In this document: positions 30,286 through 41,599 of the stretch, piece by piece
Numbering within the stretch: the first letter of the stretch is position 1
Layout: every line of letters begins with the position of its first letter
Source of the DNA: Thermodesulfobacteriota bacterium
GTDB taxonomy: Bacteria > Desulfobacterota > Desulfobacteria > Desulfobacterales > SURF-7
Assembly (NCBI GenBank): GCA_049320885.1
Contig: JBMORA010000046.1
Coordinates: 1-64,000 of the forward strand
Direction of reading: 5' to 3'
DNA length: 64,000 nucleotides
Translations under genes and position numbers: made by a program
The notes under the pieces: generated by a model
Databases searched by the model: none
What the model was told of the DNA's origin: nothing
The model's input: only the letters and a program-made list of their open reading frames with translations

Positions 30286-30331
30286 TTTCCGAAAGACCGT
30301 TCCCGCGTCAACCCAACGGTCTTTTCGGAAA
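30286..30331 (+). terminator. Long hairpin after minE
   Basis: TTTCCGAAAGACCGTT / AACGGTCTTTTCGGAAA inverted repeat; no clear U-tract. Confidence 0.45.
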
Positions 30332-30409
30332 CCGGCCCCAGGGACCGCCGGGTCAGGGACCGGGCCGAGATATGGCGGCCCTTCAGCCGGTCCATCACCC
30401 AACTATTCA

Positions 30410-30438
30410 TTGACATACGGAGTTCCCTTGCATATAGT
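30410..30438 (+). promoter_or_regulatory. Sigma-70 promoter of the hybrid kinase gene
   Basis: TTGACA-N17-TATAGT. Confidence 0.7.
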
Positions 30439-30522
30439 ACGATTATAAAAGGGAATTCTTCTTGCATTGCATCTCCTGCATTCTCCGCCGGCGCCATCAA
30501 CCAAAACGGAAAAAGACAGCCC

Positions 30523-32376
<1,854 letters not shown>

Positions 32377-32457
32377 GATAGGACACTCCGATGTCCGGCC
32401 CTGAAAAATCCCGGCCGTCGTTGGAACCGCATCGTCGACAACAGAAAGGACCGACCC

Positions 32458-32988
32458 ATGTTCCCGGACGTTCACATCAAAAAAATCCTGTTCGCCACCG
32501 ATCTATCCGAATACGCGCGCAAAGCCTTTGCCTACGCCGTCAATCTGGCTGACCACTTCGGCGCGGGCATCACCATGCTGCATGTGGTCATGGACGGCCT
32601 GGACGATTTTCCCATGGCGCGCAGCTATGTCGGCAGGGAAAATCTGGAAAAAATCCGGGACGAGCACCTTCAGGAAGCCAGGCAGGCCATGATCGGCAAA
32701 AGCCGGGAATTCGCTCCCCAGCGGAAAGCCATGACGCGGATTTGTGAAGAAGCCAAGGAAAAGATCGACACCATGACCTTCACGGCGGATGAAATCGTCG
32801 TCGTCACCGGCGACCCGGCGGAAGAAATCGTCCGGCAGTCCGTGGAAAGGAATTGTGATATCATTGTCATGGGATCCCATGGACACGGCGGAATCATGGA
32901 TGCCTGGCTTGGAAGCGTCTCCCTGGTGGTTCTGAAGCGATCCAAGAAACCGGTATTCATGGTCAGACTGGACGAACCGGCCCGCTGA
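32458..32988 (+). CDS. Universal stress protein
   Basis: KKILFATDLS, DIIVMGSHGHGG...LGSVS. Confidence 0.93.
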   Translation: MFPDVHIKKILFATDLSEYARKAFAYAVNLADHFGAGITMLHVVMDGLDDFPMARSYVGRENLEKIRDEHLQEARQAMIGKSREFAPQRKAMTRICEEAKEKIDTMTFTADEIVVVTGDPAEEIVRQSVERNCDIIVMGSHGHGGIMDAWLGSVSLVVLKRSKKPVFMVRLDEPAR

Positions 32989-33028
32989 AGGCTGGCAGGC
33001 CGGAAATACCGCCATTGGATGAATGCTC

Positions 33029-34582
33029 ATGGAAAACAGCTCCCCGAAAGAGGCCCCCAAAAAAATCGGAAGATATGAAGTCCTGCGGCTCCTTGGAAAA
33101 GGCGGCATGAGCAAGGTCTACCAGGTCAGGGTTCCGATTTTGAATAAAATTGCCGCCCTGAAAGTGTTTGAACCCGGCCCCCATCTCGTGCGGGCCATGG
33201 GTCTGGAGCTGCTGCGCAGGCAATTCATCACCGAGGCGGCCATCATCGCCAACCTGCGCCATCCCCATATTCTCGATGTCTGGAGCCTGGAGGAGGAAGG
33301 TCAAGCGCTTTTCTACCTGATGGAATTTTATTGCCATAATCTCGGCACGATCATCGGGGAAACCTATTGGGTCGATGCACCGTCACGGATTATTCCGGTT
33401 GAAAAAACCGTCCAGTATATCGGCGAAACCCTTGCCGGGGTCGCGCGTCTCCATCATGCCGGCATTGTTCATCGGGACATCAAGCCGTTCAACATCATGA
33501 TCACGGACCAGGATACGGTCAAAATCGCCGATTTCGGCCTCTCCAAACGCCGGGGTGAACTGTCGCGACCATCCGGGTCCATGACCGGAACCCTTTCGTC
33601 CCCAACCGGCGGAGGGAAAGCGGAACCATCGTCTCCCGGACTGCCCGCGCCGATCCCCCCGGAGATCTTCATCGGGACGAAACTGTATGCCGCTCCGGAA
33701 CAGGAAACGGATCCGGAAGCGGTGGATGCGGCAACGGATCTCTATTCCGTGGGGGTCATGTGTTATCGATTGTTGACCGGCAGGCTGCCGGTCCACCCCG
33801 TCATTCCAGCCAGCAAATGGAATCCGATTCTGAATTCGGACTGGGATGATTTTCTGCTCAAGGCCGTTTCGTTGTTTCCCACGGACAGGTTTCCCAGCGC
33901 AACTGACATGGCGCACCGGCTTCAGGAACTTGATTCGGAATTCAGGGAAACCAGGGCGCACCACTGCCGGCTGTTACGGGACGATCCGATGAAAAACAGC
34001 CCTCCATCGCCGGGCGGGGGACCTTTTTCTGCGCCCACCTCTTTGACGGAACAGCGGGAAGGGAGCGAATTTCCAAAGCCATTGCGATCAAAACCGGCGA
34101 CCATCACGCATCAACAGGCCAGGGATTTTTTTCAATTGGATGAGTTATGGCGCCCCGGAAAGCCCATTTCCCGCCTACCGGAAGGATCGGTTTCAGCGGA
34201 AGCAACGACTGGACGGCTGACCATCATGGACACCCGCACCCGGCTTGTCTGGCAGCAATCCGGCTCGCCCTATCCCCTGAACCGGGAAGACGCCGACCGG
34301 TATGTCGACCGCCTCAATCAGGAAACATTCGACGGCCGTTCGGATTGGCGAATGCCCACCGTCGACGAATTGCTTTCCATTCTCCGACCGGACGATACCG
34401 GGAATGATTTCTGCGCCGCCCCCGTTTTCAATCCGTTGCAGAAATGGATCTGGAGCGCGGACCGGAGATCCCGGCGGGCGGCGTGGTATGTGAACATGGA
34501 AATGGGTTTCGTGGCCGCCTTCGACATTTCCGGATTTTTTCACGTCCGGGCAGTGCGCGACCTGGATGCAAGCCCCCTGTGA
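33029..34582 (+). CDS. Ser/Thr protein kinase with C-terminal DUF1566 (Lcl-C) domain
   Basis: LGKGGMS, AALK, HRDIKPFN, DFG, YAAPE; DTRTRLVWQQ and DWRMPTVDELLSI. Confidence 0.9.
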   Translation: MENSSPKEAPKKIGRYEVLRLLGKGGMSKVYQVRVPILNKIAALKVFEPGPHLVRAMGLELLRRQFITEAAIIANLRHPHILDVWSLEEEGQALFYLMEFYCHNLGTIIGETYWVDAPSRIIPVEKTVQYIGETLAGVARLHHAGIVHRDIKPFNIMITDQDTVKIADFGLSKRRGELSRPSGSMTGTLSSPTGGGKAEPSSPGLPAPIPPEIFIGTKLYAAPEQETDPEAVDAATDLYSVGVMCYRLLTGRLPVHPVIPASKWNPILNSDWDDFLLKAVSLFPTDRFPSATDMAHRLQELDSEFRETRAHHCRLLRDDPMKNSPPSPGGGPFSAPTSLTEQREGSEFPKPLRSKPATITHQQARDFFQLDELWRPGKPISRLPEGSVSAEATTGRLTIMDTRTRLVWQQSGSPYPLNREDADRYVDRLNQETFDGRSDWRMPTVDELLSILRPDDTGNDFCAAPVFNPLQKWIWSADRRSRRAAWYVNMEMGFVAAFDISGFFHVRAVRDLDASPL

Positions 34583-34616
34583 CCCCTCCTCCCCAGAGCC
34601 GCCACCCGGCCCACCT

Positions 34617-35687
34617 TTATGCCGACAGGGATACGGCCTTGGAGTCCGACTTATTCTCCAGCGCCGCGGAAATGAAGCGAAACGCTTCCACCCAGTAGCC
34701 CTGGGCGGTTTTTCCCATGAAGGTGCCGATATGGCCGCAGCCCGGAATCACCGCTTTGTAGACCTCGCCGGAAGGCGTGGCGATGTGTTGGGCCATGTTG
34801 AACAATTGAGGCGGCAAGGTGATATCATCGGTTTCTCCCACCAACAAGGCTACCGGACACCGAATATGGCCCAAATCGACGATCCGGTCGCGGATGGCAA
34901 ACTGTTTTTTCACCAGCTTATTGTCCTTGAACAACTCCTTGACCGCCTGAAGATACCAGGCACCGGAAATATCCTGGGTGGTATCATACCAGGCCTTGAA
35001 TTTCCGGTTGCGGCGCAGGAATTCATCATTCTTCAGATTACGCCATATATTCAGGTAATCACCGCAAAAACGGTCATAAAAATTCATCATTTTCCAGCCC
35101 AGGAGCATGTGCCCGCCCCAGAGGACCCCCCCGCCGGCCGCCACCAGCCCCGCATAAAAACTCATGGGGGTTGACTGCACCATTTCCTGGAGTTTGCCGC
35201 CCCCGGCCGTGAAATCCACCGGTGCGGCGCCCAGCAGCAGGGATTCCACCTGGTTGGGGAACAGTGCGGTATACATGGCCGACAACCACCCGCCCTGGCA
35301 CAGCCCGATCAGATGCACGCTCGAGCCGATCCGTTCCACGCAGGCATTGAGATAGTCAATCAATCGGGCGATATCGTCATTTCGCCGGGCATGGGTCGCA
35401 CTTTTCCATTCTATGGCATACACTTCATTTTCCGTATAATCCAAACAGGTTCGAATCAAACTCTGATGGGGAGCTTCATAGTCGGCAATGCAGGAATGAT
35501 GCCCGGCCTGGGGAGGCGATACCAGAATCGGCGGCAGGGCCTTCCGTGTTTTGCCGCTGCGGGAAAACCGGCGGAGGACGAAGGCATCGGTTTCCCATTC
35601 CGTTTCATTGGGACTGGACCAATCCGGATTTTCGTGATGCAGCACCTCTGACCAGAATTTCATGGTATCCTGAAGCATCCACCACAT
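34617..35687 (-). CDS. PHB depolymerase/synthase-like alpha/beta hydrolase (DUF3141/PhaZ-like)
   Basis: PPQAGHHS, nucleophile box GLCQGG, ETDDIT, GHIGTFMG; GGGGGA RBS before ATG 35687. Confidence 0.8.
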   Translation of the reverse strand: MWWMLQDTMKFWSEVLHHENPDWSSPNETEWETDAFVLRRFSRSGKTRKALPPILVSPPQAGHHSCIADYEAPHQSLIRTCLDYTENEVYAIEWKSATHARRNDDIARLIDYLNACVERIGSSVHLIGLCQGGWLSAMYTALFPNQVESLLLGAAPVDFTAGGGKLQEMVQSTPMSFYAGLVAAGGGVLWGGHMLLGWKMMNFYDRFCGDYLNIWRNLKNDEFLRRNRKFKAWYDTTQDISGAWYLQAVKELFKDNKLVKKQFAIRDRIVDLGHIRCPVALLVGETDDITLPPQLFNMAQHIATPSGEVYKAVIPGCGHIGTFMGKTAQGYWVEAFRFISAALENKSDSKAVSLSA

Positions 35688-35823
35688 ATTTTCCCCCTTG
35701 TCTGTTGTGTTGAGACGAATAAAAACATCAATCCCGAATTCAAACATATTTTTTATTTGCAAACATTGTTTACTTAGCGACCCAAAAAAATGGCCTTTCG
35801 GCCTTTGTCCTGTTATCTCATCA

Positions 35824-35839
35824 AGCAAATTTAATGCCA
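35824..35839 (-). promoter_or_regulatory. Putative sigma-54 promoter for the PhaZ-like gene
   Basis: Minus strand TGGCATTAAATTTGCT (GG-N10-GC) in AT-rich intergenic DNA. Confidence 0.65.
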
Positions 35840-36054
35840 GGTTAAAATTTAGGTTATTAGTATTTTTTTCGGTATGTTATTCTTTTTATTCGGCGTTCTG
35901 GGAAGTTTTTTTCTTGTCCATTGTGAAAATACCTCCCTAGTTGTCGCGATAAAAAATTTTGACAGGTCCAATTCCATGAGGTAAAAAAAACCAGCTGGGA
36001 ATTGAAAAACAGGAAACTCACGTCCAACTCGAAACAGCCGCAAAGCGAGGCCGT

Positions 36055-36507
36055 ATGACAAAACAGCGAGAACCAGGCGTGGAGCGCCGGAAACACGAAC
36101 GGATTTTCCTTCACAAGGACGCTTTTGCCGTCATCAAACCCGGCACCAACCGGCTGCTCGTTCCGGTGCTGGATATCAGCCTGGGAGGGCTGGCATTCCA
36201 ATATACGGACAAATTGAAATGGCGCGACAATGCCATTCGCATCGATCTGATCATCCCGGACGAAGAGTTTTACCTCCAGGGACTGCCGGTAAAACGAATC
36301 GTGGATATGGAAATCATCCGGACAATGGCTTCCGGGAAAAGCAACCTGCGAAAACAGTCGTTGCAGTTTGCCGACCTGTCCTCGATGCAATCCTCATGGC
36401 TCGATCATTTCATCAGCCAATATCGGAAGCCCCGTTACACCGGTCCTGAAAGGCGATCGGCCCCGGAAGATCGCCGAAGCGGCCTGGACCGCCGGATCTT
36501 GAAATAA
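36055..36507 (+). CDS. PilZ domain protein
   Basis: ERRKHER and DISLGG c-di-GMP motifs; C-terminal ERR..DRRSGLDRR. Confidence 0.85.
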   Translation: MTKQREPGVERRKHERIFLHKDAFAVIKPGTNRLLVPVLDISLGGLAFQYTDKLKWRDNAIRIDLIIPDEEFYLQGLPVKRIVDMEIIRTMASGKSNLRKQSLQFADLSSMQSSWLDHFISQYRKPRYTGPERRSAPEDRRSGLDRRILK

Positions 36508-36541
36508 AGCCTTCCCGGCCGCCGACACGGCGGCGGGAGGT

Positions 36542-37795
36542 TTACCCCCGCCGCCTCTGGAACACCTGGAATCCGCTTGAAATCATGGTCTGGAACAAGG
36601 ATTTCCAAACGGAGAGGCCGGGCAACGTCGGCTTGCCGGCGGCGATTCGGGCAAGCTGCTGCTCATACCAGGTAACTTCCAGCATGGCGGATTTATCCAG
36701 CCATTCCACACCGGTTTTCAGGGGTCTCACCGCACTCACATAGGGCTCTCCCTGCAATATCCGGTTGGGCAATTCCGGATCAATGGCCATGGGTCGGGCC
36801 AACCCCACCATGTCCAGAGCCCCCTCGTCAACGGCGGCCCTCATTCCGTCGGCGGTCCGGAATCCACCGGTAACCGCCAGCGGGATTGCGATGCTCTCCC
36901 GGAGTTTGGCCGCAAAGGACAAAAAATAGGCCTCCCGTTTGGAACCCGTGGCGGATTCCGCTCTCCTTCCGGCCATGGCCGGACTTTCATAGGTTCCACC
37001 GGAAATCTCCACCAGATCGATTCCGGCCCCGGCCAGGGCGCCGACAACCTGCAAGGCCTCCTCCTCCGTGAAACCGCCCCGCATGAAATCAGCGGAATTG
37101 ATCTTCACGGCCACCGGGAACTGGTCCCCTACCCGGCCGCGGATGGCGCGATAAATTTCCAACAGGAACCGCATGCGGTTTTCAAGGCAGCCGCCCCATT
37201 CGTCGGTCCGGAGGTTGTGCTGGGGAGACAAAAACTGACTGATCAGGTATCCGTGAGCGGCGTGAATCTGAACACCGGTGAAACCGGCCTGCCGCGCAAT
37301 GTCGGCGGCATTGGCGAAACGTTCGATGATACCCTCGATCTCAACCGGAAGAAGCTCCCGGGGCGGGTTGAAGAATCTCTTCAGGGTCGGAGAAGAAAAC
37401 GGAACCGCCGATGGCGCCACCGGCTCCGGAGACAATGTCTTGGGACTCTGCTTGCCCGGATGATTCAGCTGGACCCAGATATGGGTGTGGTTTTCCCGGC
37501 CCGCCTTAGCCCAGGAACGCAGCCATTCCAGATGACGGCCATCCTCGATGACCACATTGCGGGGCTCTCCCAGGGCAGCGGCATCCACCATGACATTACC
37601 GGTAACCGCAACCCCTGCTCCCCCCCATGCCCAGGCATTATATAACCGTTCAAGCCGGGCAGTGGGACGGTTGTCCGCTGTCCCCATGATTTCGCTCATG
37701 GCGGATTTCATGAATCGATTTTTGATCACCGCTCCGCACGGCAATTCCACCGGAGTAGCGAGTGGATCAGGCTGCCTCGTTTCCGCCGTATTCAT
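36542..37795 (-). CDS. NADH:flavin oxidoreductase (old yellow enzyme family)
   Basis: NRFMKSAMSE, QLNHPG, QIHAAHGYLISQFLSP, VEISGGTYE. Confidence 0.93.
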   Translation of the reverse strand: MNTAETRQPDPLATPVELPCGAVIKNRFMKSAMSEIMGTADNRPTARLERLYNAWAWGGAGVAVTGNVMVDAAALGEPRNVVIEDGRHLEWLRSWAKAGRENHTHIWVQLNHPGKQSPKTLSPEPVAPSAVPFSSPTLKRFFNPPRELLPVEIEGIIERFANAADIARQAGFTGVQIHAAHGYLISQFLSPQHNLRTDEWGGCLENRMRFLLEIYRAIRGRVGDQFPVAVKINSADFMRGGFTEEEALQVVGALAGAGIDLVEISGGTYESPAMAGRRAESATGSKREAYFLSFAAKLRESIAIPLAVTGGFRTADGMRAAVDEGALDMVGLARPMAIDPELPNRILQGEPYVSAVRPLKTGVEWLDKSAMLEVTWYEQQLARIAAGKPTLPGLSVWKSLFQTMISSGFQVFQRRRG

Positions 37796-37992
37796 ATTCC
37801 CTCCTCGATGGTGTTCTTTCCCGATGTATCCTTGTTTTCCTGCCGGATATCCCGTTTTGAAGAAGATCCCTATCGAACATTGTCGCGGAAATCAATACGC
37901 TCCCCGGGAACCCGTGGCTTTCCCGAATGATGGCCGCATGGAGAGGTTGTTATCTTCATTCCGGATGGTATCCGGGCCGGTATCCGATCCCC

Positions 37993-38052
37993 GGATCCGG
38001 TCCTGGATCCGGTCCTGGATCCGGTCCTGGATCCGGTCCTGGATCCGGTCCT
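37993..38052. repeat. Perfect tandem repeat, 5 x GGATCCGGTCCT
   Basis: Five exact 12-bp copies read directly; degenerate GATCC/TATCC copies upstream. Confidence 0.97.
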
Positions 38053-38080
38053 TGACATGTCGCCGCCGCTTGCATATACT
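38052..38080 (+). promoter_or_regulatory. Sigma-70 promoter of pcm
   Basis: TTGACA-N17-TATACT. Confidence 0.8.
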
Positions 38081-38200
38081 TTGCACCATCTCTGTCCCCA
38101 GCTTATGGGAAATAATACAATTCCCGTCCCATCGGAATCCGGATGAGGTCTCCGCCGACAGGAAAATCCGGATTCAAATACCTCTCAACCCGGAGGTGAC

Positions 38201-38947
38201 ATGATGATGACGATATTCCCCTTCAAAACCCTTGGCCTGATGGGTCTCTGCATACTGCTGCCGTCCATGACGGTTTTCTCCGCCCCCTTCGTCGGTTCCG
38301 AGGCCGATGAATACGAAACCCTCCGAAACCGGATGGTGCGTGCGCAGATTGAGTCCCGGGGCATCCATTCCCCCGCGGTGTTGAAGGCCATGCAGAAAGT
38401 AAAACGGCATCTGTTCGTGCCCCCTGACTACCGGTCCAAAGCCTACGAAGATTATCCGCTGCCCATCGGTGAAGGCCAGACCATTTCACAGCCCTATATC
38501 GTCGCCCTGATGACCCAGGTCTTGAACCTGGGTCCCAGGGACCGGGTGCTGGAAATCGGCACCGGCTCCGGATACCAGGCGGCTGTTCTGGCGGAGATTT
38601 GCGACCAGGTGTTCAGCATTGAAATATTTGAAATCCTTGGAAAAAGAGCCGATGCCCTGATGAAAAAAATGGGGTATGCGAACATTCATGTAAAAATTGG
38701 CGACGGTTACCAGGGGTGGCCGGAACAGGCCCCTTTTGACGCGATCATCGTCACCTGCGCCCCCTCCCATATCCCCCAGCCCCTGCAGGACCAGCTGGCC
38801 GAAGGCGGCCGGATGGTGATACCGGTGGGTGAGATCGGCGATCAGGAATTGATTCTGTTGACCAAGGAAAAGGGCGAAATCCGGCGCAAGGAAATCGTCC
38901 CGGTCCGCTTTGTCCCCATGATCCGGGGTAATGGTGACTCCTATTAA
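38201..38947 (+). CDS. pcm: Protein-L-isoaspartate O-methyltransferase
   Basis: GQTISQPYIVA, VLEIGTGSGYQAA, APFDAIIVT, VRFVPM. Confidence 0.95.
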   Translation: MMMTIFPFKTLGLMGLCILLPSMTVFSAPFVGSEADEYETLRNRMVRAQIESRGIHSPAVLKAMQKVKRHLFVPPDYRSKAYEDYPLPIGEGQTISQPYIVALMTQVLNLGPRDRVLEIGTGSGYQAAVLAEICDQVFSIEIFEILGKRADALMKKMGYANIHVKIGDGYQGWPEQAPFDAIIVTCAPSHIPQPLQDQLAEGGRMVIPVGEIGDQELILLTKEKGEIRRKEIVPVRFVPMIRGNGDSY

Positions 38948-39153
38948 ACCACCGTCACCGGCCAACATCACCTCCGATCACACCCGTCCCTGTCTATAGA
39001 AAATATGAATACGGCTGTCATGGAGCATTCAAACTAACGATTTGATCCATTCCGTCTTTCCTTGTAAGAAACCGAGAACGGTTCGTCCAGGATCACCGAC
39101 CTGCCGGGGAAGAACGATAACCACTCAGTTTCCATAAGCCGGAATCCAGCTGC

Positions 39154-40014
39154 ATGCAACAACATCATCCTCCCGCAACCATCTTGAAATCGCTGGCCGT
39201 GGTATCGGCCTCCGTCCTGATGCTCTTGTCTGGTTCCACCCCCTGTTTTTCAGGCGCCTGGACCGCAGCCAAAACCGAATTATATGACCGCCTGTCCGTG
39301 AACTGCTATCATGCGGATGAATATTTCAATGACGACGGCGACCGCTACCCGTATCCCCGGAACGGTAAATTCCGGGATTGGAATCTCGGGAATTATCTCG
39401 AATACGGTGTCAACGACCGATTCACCTTGATCAACTCCCTTTATTATAAAGCCATCGTCAAAGAGGACGATCTGCGGAAAGAGGAAACCCACAGCCTCGG
39501 CGACATCGATCTGGGAATGAAATGGAAGGCGCTGGAGGGCAGGGCCGGTGTTCTGTCCGCCCAGGGAATGGTAAAGATTCCGGACTTCTATGATGAAGAT
39601 GCCCCCTTGCCCGTGGGCAACGGACAATATGACCTGGAGGCGCGGCTGCTCTACGGCCGATCCCTGTATCCCCTGATTCCCGGTTATTATAATGTCGAGT
39701 GCGGCTACCGCTGGCGGTTCGAGGACCCGTCCGATGAACTTCGCTACCTCATCGAGTTCGGCGTCGATTTTACCGAAAGTTTCTACGGCCGGATCAAACT
39801 GGACGGAATTTTCAGCCTGGACAACGGCGAACATCGTGACCTTGTCGGCAATCCCACCACCACCAACAACTTCGATCTCGGCAAGCTGGATATGGCCCTC
39901 GGCTATATGGTCGCCAAAACCTGGGGCCTGGAAATCGGATACACTCCCGCCCTCTATGGGAAGAACACCTCCAGGGGGGCGACTTGGACCGCGGCGATTC
40001 AGTTCCGTTTATAG
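39154..40014 (+). CDS. Exported, probable outer-membrane beta-barrel protein
   Basis: Signal peptide; aromatic-rich amphipathic strands (YLEYG, LGDIDLG, GNGQYD, GYRWR); ends QFRL. Confidence 0.65.
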   Translation: MQQHHPPATILKSLAVVSASVLMLLSGSTPCFSGAWTAAKTELYDRLSVNCYHADEYFNDDGDRYPYPRNGKFRDWNLGNYLEYGVNDRFTLINSLYYKAIVKEDDLRKEETHSLGDIDLGMKWKALEGRAGVLSAQGMVKIPDFYDEDAPLPVGNGQYDLEARLLYGRSLYPLIPGYYNVECGYRWRFEDPSDELRYLIEFGVDFTESFYGRIKLDGIFSLDNGEHRDLVGNPTTTNNFDLGKLDMALGYMVAKTWGLEIGYTPALYGKNTSRGATWTAAIQFRL

Positions 40015-40061
40015 CGCTGCCGCCTGTCTGGAATCGGCCGGGGAATCCGCGCCGTCAGGGA

Positions 40062-40703
40062 TTAATGGAACCGTTCGGAATAGATCCGGGACCCCGGAAA
40101 CCGTTTGTCGATCAACAGGGTTGCGTCCCGGATCATCGCCGAACTGCCGCAGAGATAGAAGTCATATGCACCGGCTGCCAGGCGGGTCGCGATATAGGAT
40201 GTCACCCGGCCGCTGAAAGCCGGCTCCCTTCCGGTCGCGTCTTCCGACAGGCAGGGGATGTAGGTCGCGGCCGCGGCGATCAGTTCCTCGGCATAATAGC
40301 ATTCCTGCGCCTTCCGCACGCCGTGCAGCAGCAGAAATCGGCTGATTCCGGCCCTCGCCATGGCGACATACGGCGCGATGCCGGTCCCGGTGGCGATGAA
40401 GACCGGTGGCCGCGGCGAGGGACGGAAAGTGAAATGGCCCGCCGCCTTGGACAGGGCCAGGGGTGCGCCGATGTTCTCCCGGGCCAGAAACCGGGACATC
40501 CCGCCCTCCGGAACCTCCCGGATGATCAAATGGAGATTTGGATCGGCGGGCCCGGACAGGATCGAATAGGCCCGTTCCAGGTTCCCGGCGGCCAGTATCA
40601 GGTGTTGCCCCGGCGTGAAGGCGTAACCGTCCGGTTTTGTCAGACTGATTTCGAAAGCTGTTTCAGATAAGCGCCGGCGTTGAAGCAGGCGTGTCGCGTG
40701 CAT
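40062..40703 (-). CDS. FAD/NAD(P)-binding oxidoreductase (FNR-like)
   Basis: RAYSI, EGGMS, IATGTGIAP, FYLCGS. Confidence 0.88.
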   Translation of the reverse strand: MHATRLLQRRRLSETAFEISLTKPDGYAFTPGQHLILAAGNLERAYSILSGPADPNLHLIIREVPEGGMSRFLARENIGAPLALSKAAGHFTFRPSPRPPVFIATGTGIAPYVAMARAGISRFLLLHGVRKAQECYYAEELIAAAATYIPCLSEDATGREPAFSGRVTSYIATRLAAGAYDFYLCGSSAMIRDATLLIDKRFPGSRIYSERFH

Positions 40704-40738
40704 CTCCTTTCCGGCTTCCGGAGATCTTCTTTCGGAAT

Positions 40739-41308
40739 CTATGGCCGCCATACGGTTTCCGGAATACCTTCGCCCAGGTTGCAATACCTCGCCAGAACGA
40801 ACAAATAATCGGACAGCCGGTTCAGAAACACCAGAATCCGGTGGAGTTCCGATTCATGCGGCTCACCGCTGGTTTCCTCGACAATTCCCACCAGCCGGCG
40901 CTCGACTCTCCGGCAGACGGTTCTGGCCAAATGGGCCATGGAAGCGGCGCGGCCGCCACCGGGCAGGATAAAAGCCGTCAGCTCCGGTAAGAACGCGTCC
41001 ATCCGATCGATGGCCGACTCCAGCCAGACGCCGTGGGCGGCTTGAAACGATCCAGGAAGGGCCGCCGCCTCCCCCCCGGGAGTAACGGCGATCCAGGCCC
41101 CGGCCTGAAACAGGATCGATTGAATGCGGTGAATCTCCCGGTGCGGCCCCTCCTCGGAAACCGGCAGATGGGTTTCGAGGAGCCCAAGGACCGAGTTCAG
41201 TTCATCCAGCTCTCCGTAGGCCCATACCCGCGGGTCCCGTTTCGAGACCCGTTCCCCGCTGAACAAACTGGTCCGGCCCCGGTCGCCGGTGCCCGTATAG
41301 ATTCGCAT
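40739..41308 (-). CDS. pduO: PduO-type cob(I)alamin adenosyltransferase
   Basis: IYTGTGDRGRT, YGELDELNS, ARTVCRRVER, LNRLSDYLF. Confidence 0.93.
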   Translation of the reverse strand: MRIYTGTGDRGRTSLFSGERVSKRDPRVWAYGELDELNSVLGLLETHLPVSEEGPHREIHRIQSILFQAGAWIAVTPGGEAAALPGSFQAAHGVWLESAIDRMDAFLPELTAFILPGGGRAASMAHLARTVCRRVERRLVGIVEETSGEPHESELHRILVFLNRLSDYLFVLARYCNLGEGIPETVWRP

Positions 41309-41599
41309 GTCATGCCTCCCCTGTTGGAATGGGCCGCCAATCGTGCTGCCGGATCCGAGGTAATCACGGATATGGATTTACTGTCAAGCCGGAACGGCGG
41401 AACCAACAGGGGAATCGCACGGACATTCCCCACAGCCGGGACTCTGGCGTCATGGTATTGATTGGCCGTTTTTTCCCCTGCTTTGACATGCGGCGCAAAG
41501 TGTTTTACAACTATCCGCAGGTCATCGGAAAAATGGCGTTTCCGAAACGGCCGCACCCCTCCTGCCACCGGCAATTATTTGAAACGATAGGCGGACAAG

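Noticed and set aside
37993..38052. CRISPR array or repeat-encoded peptide (RIQD/SRTG ORFs)
   Set aside because: 12-bp head-to-tail units with no spacers and no cas genes; the short ORFs are by-products of the repeat
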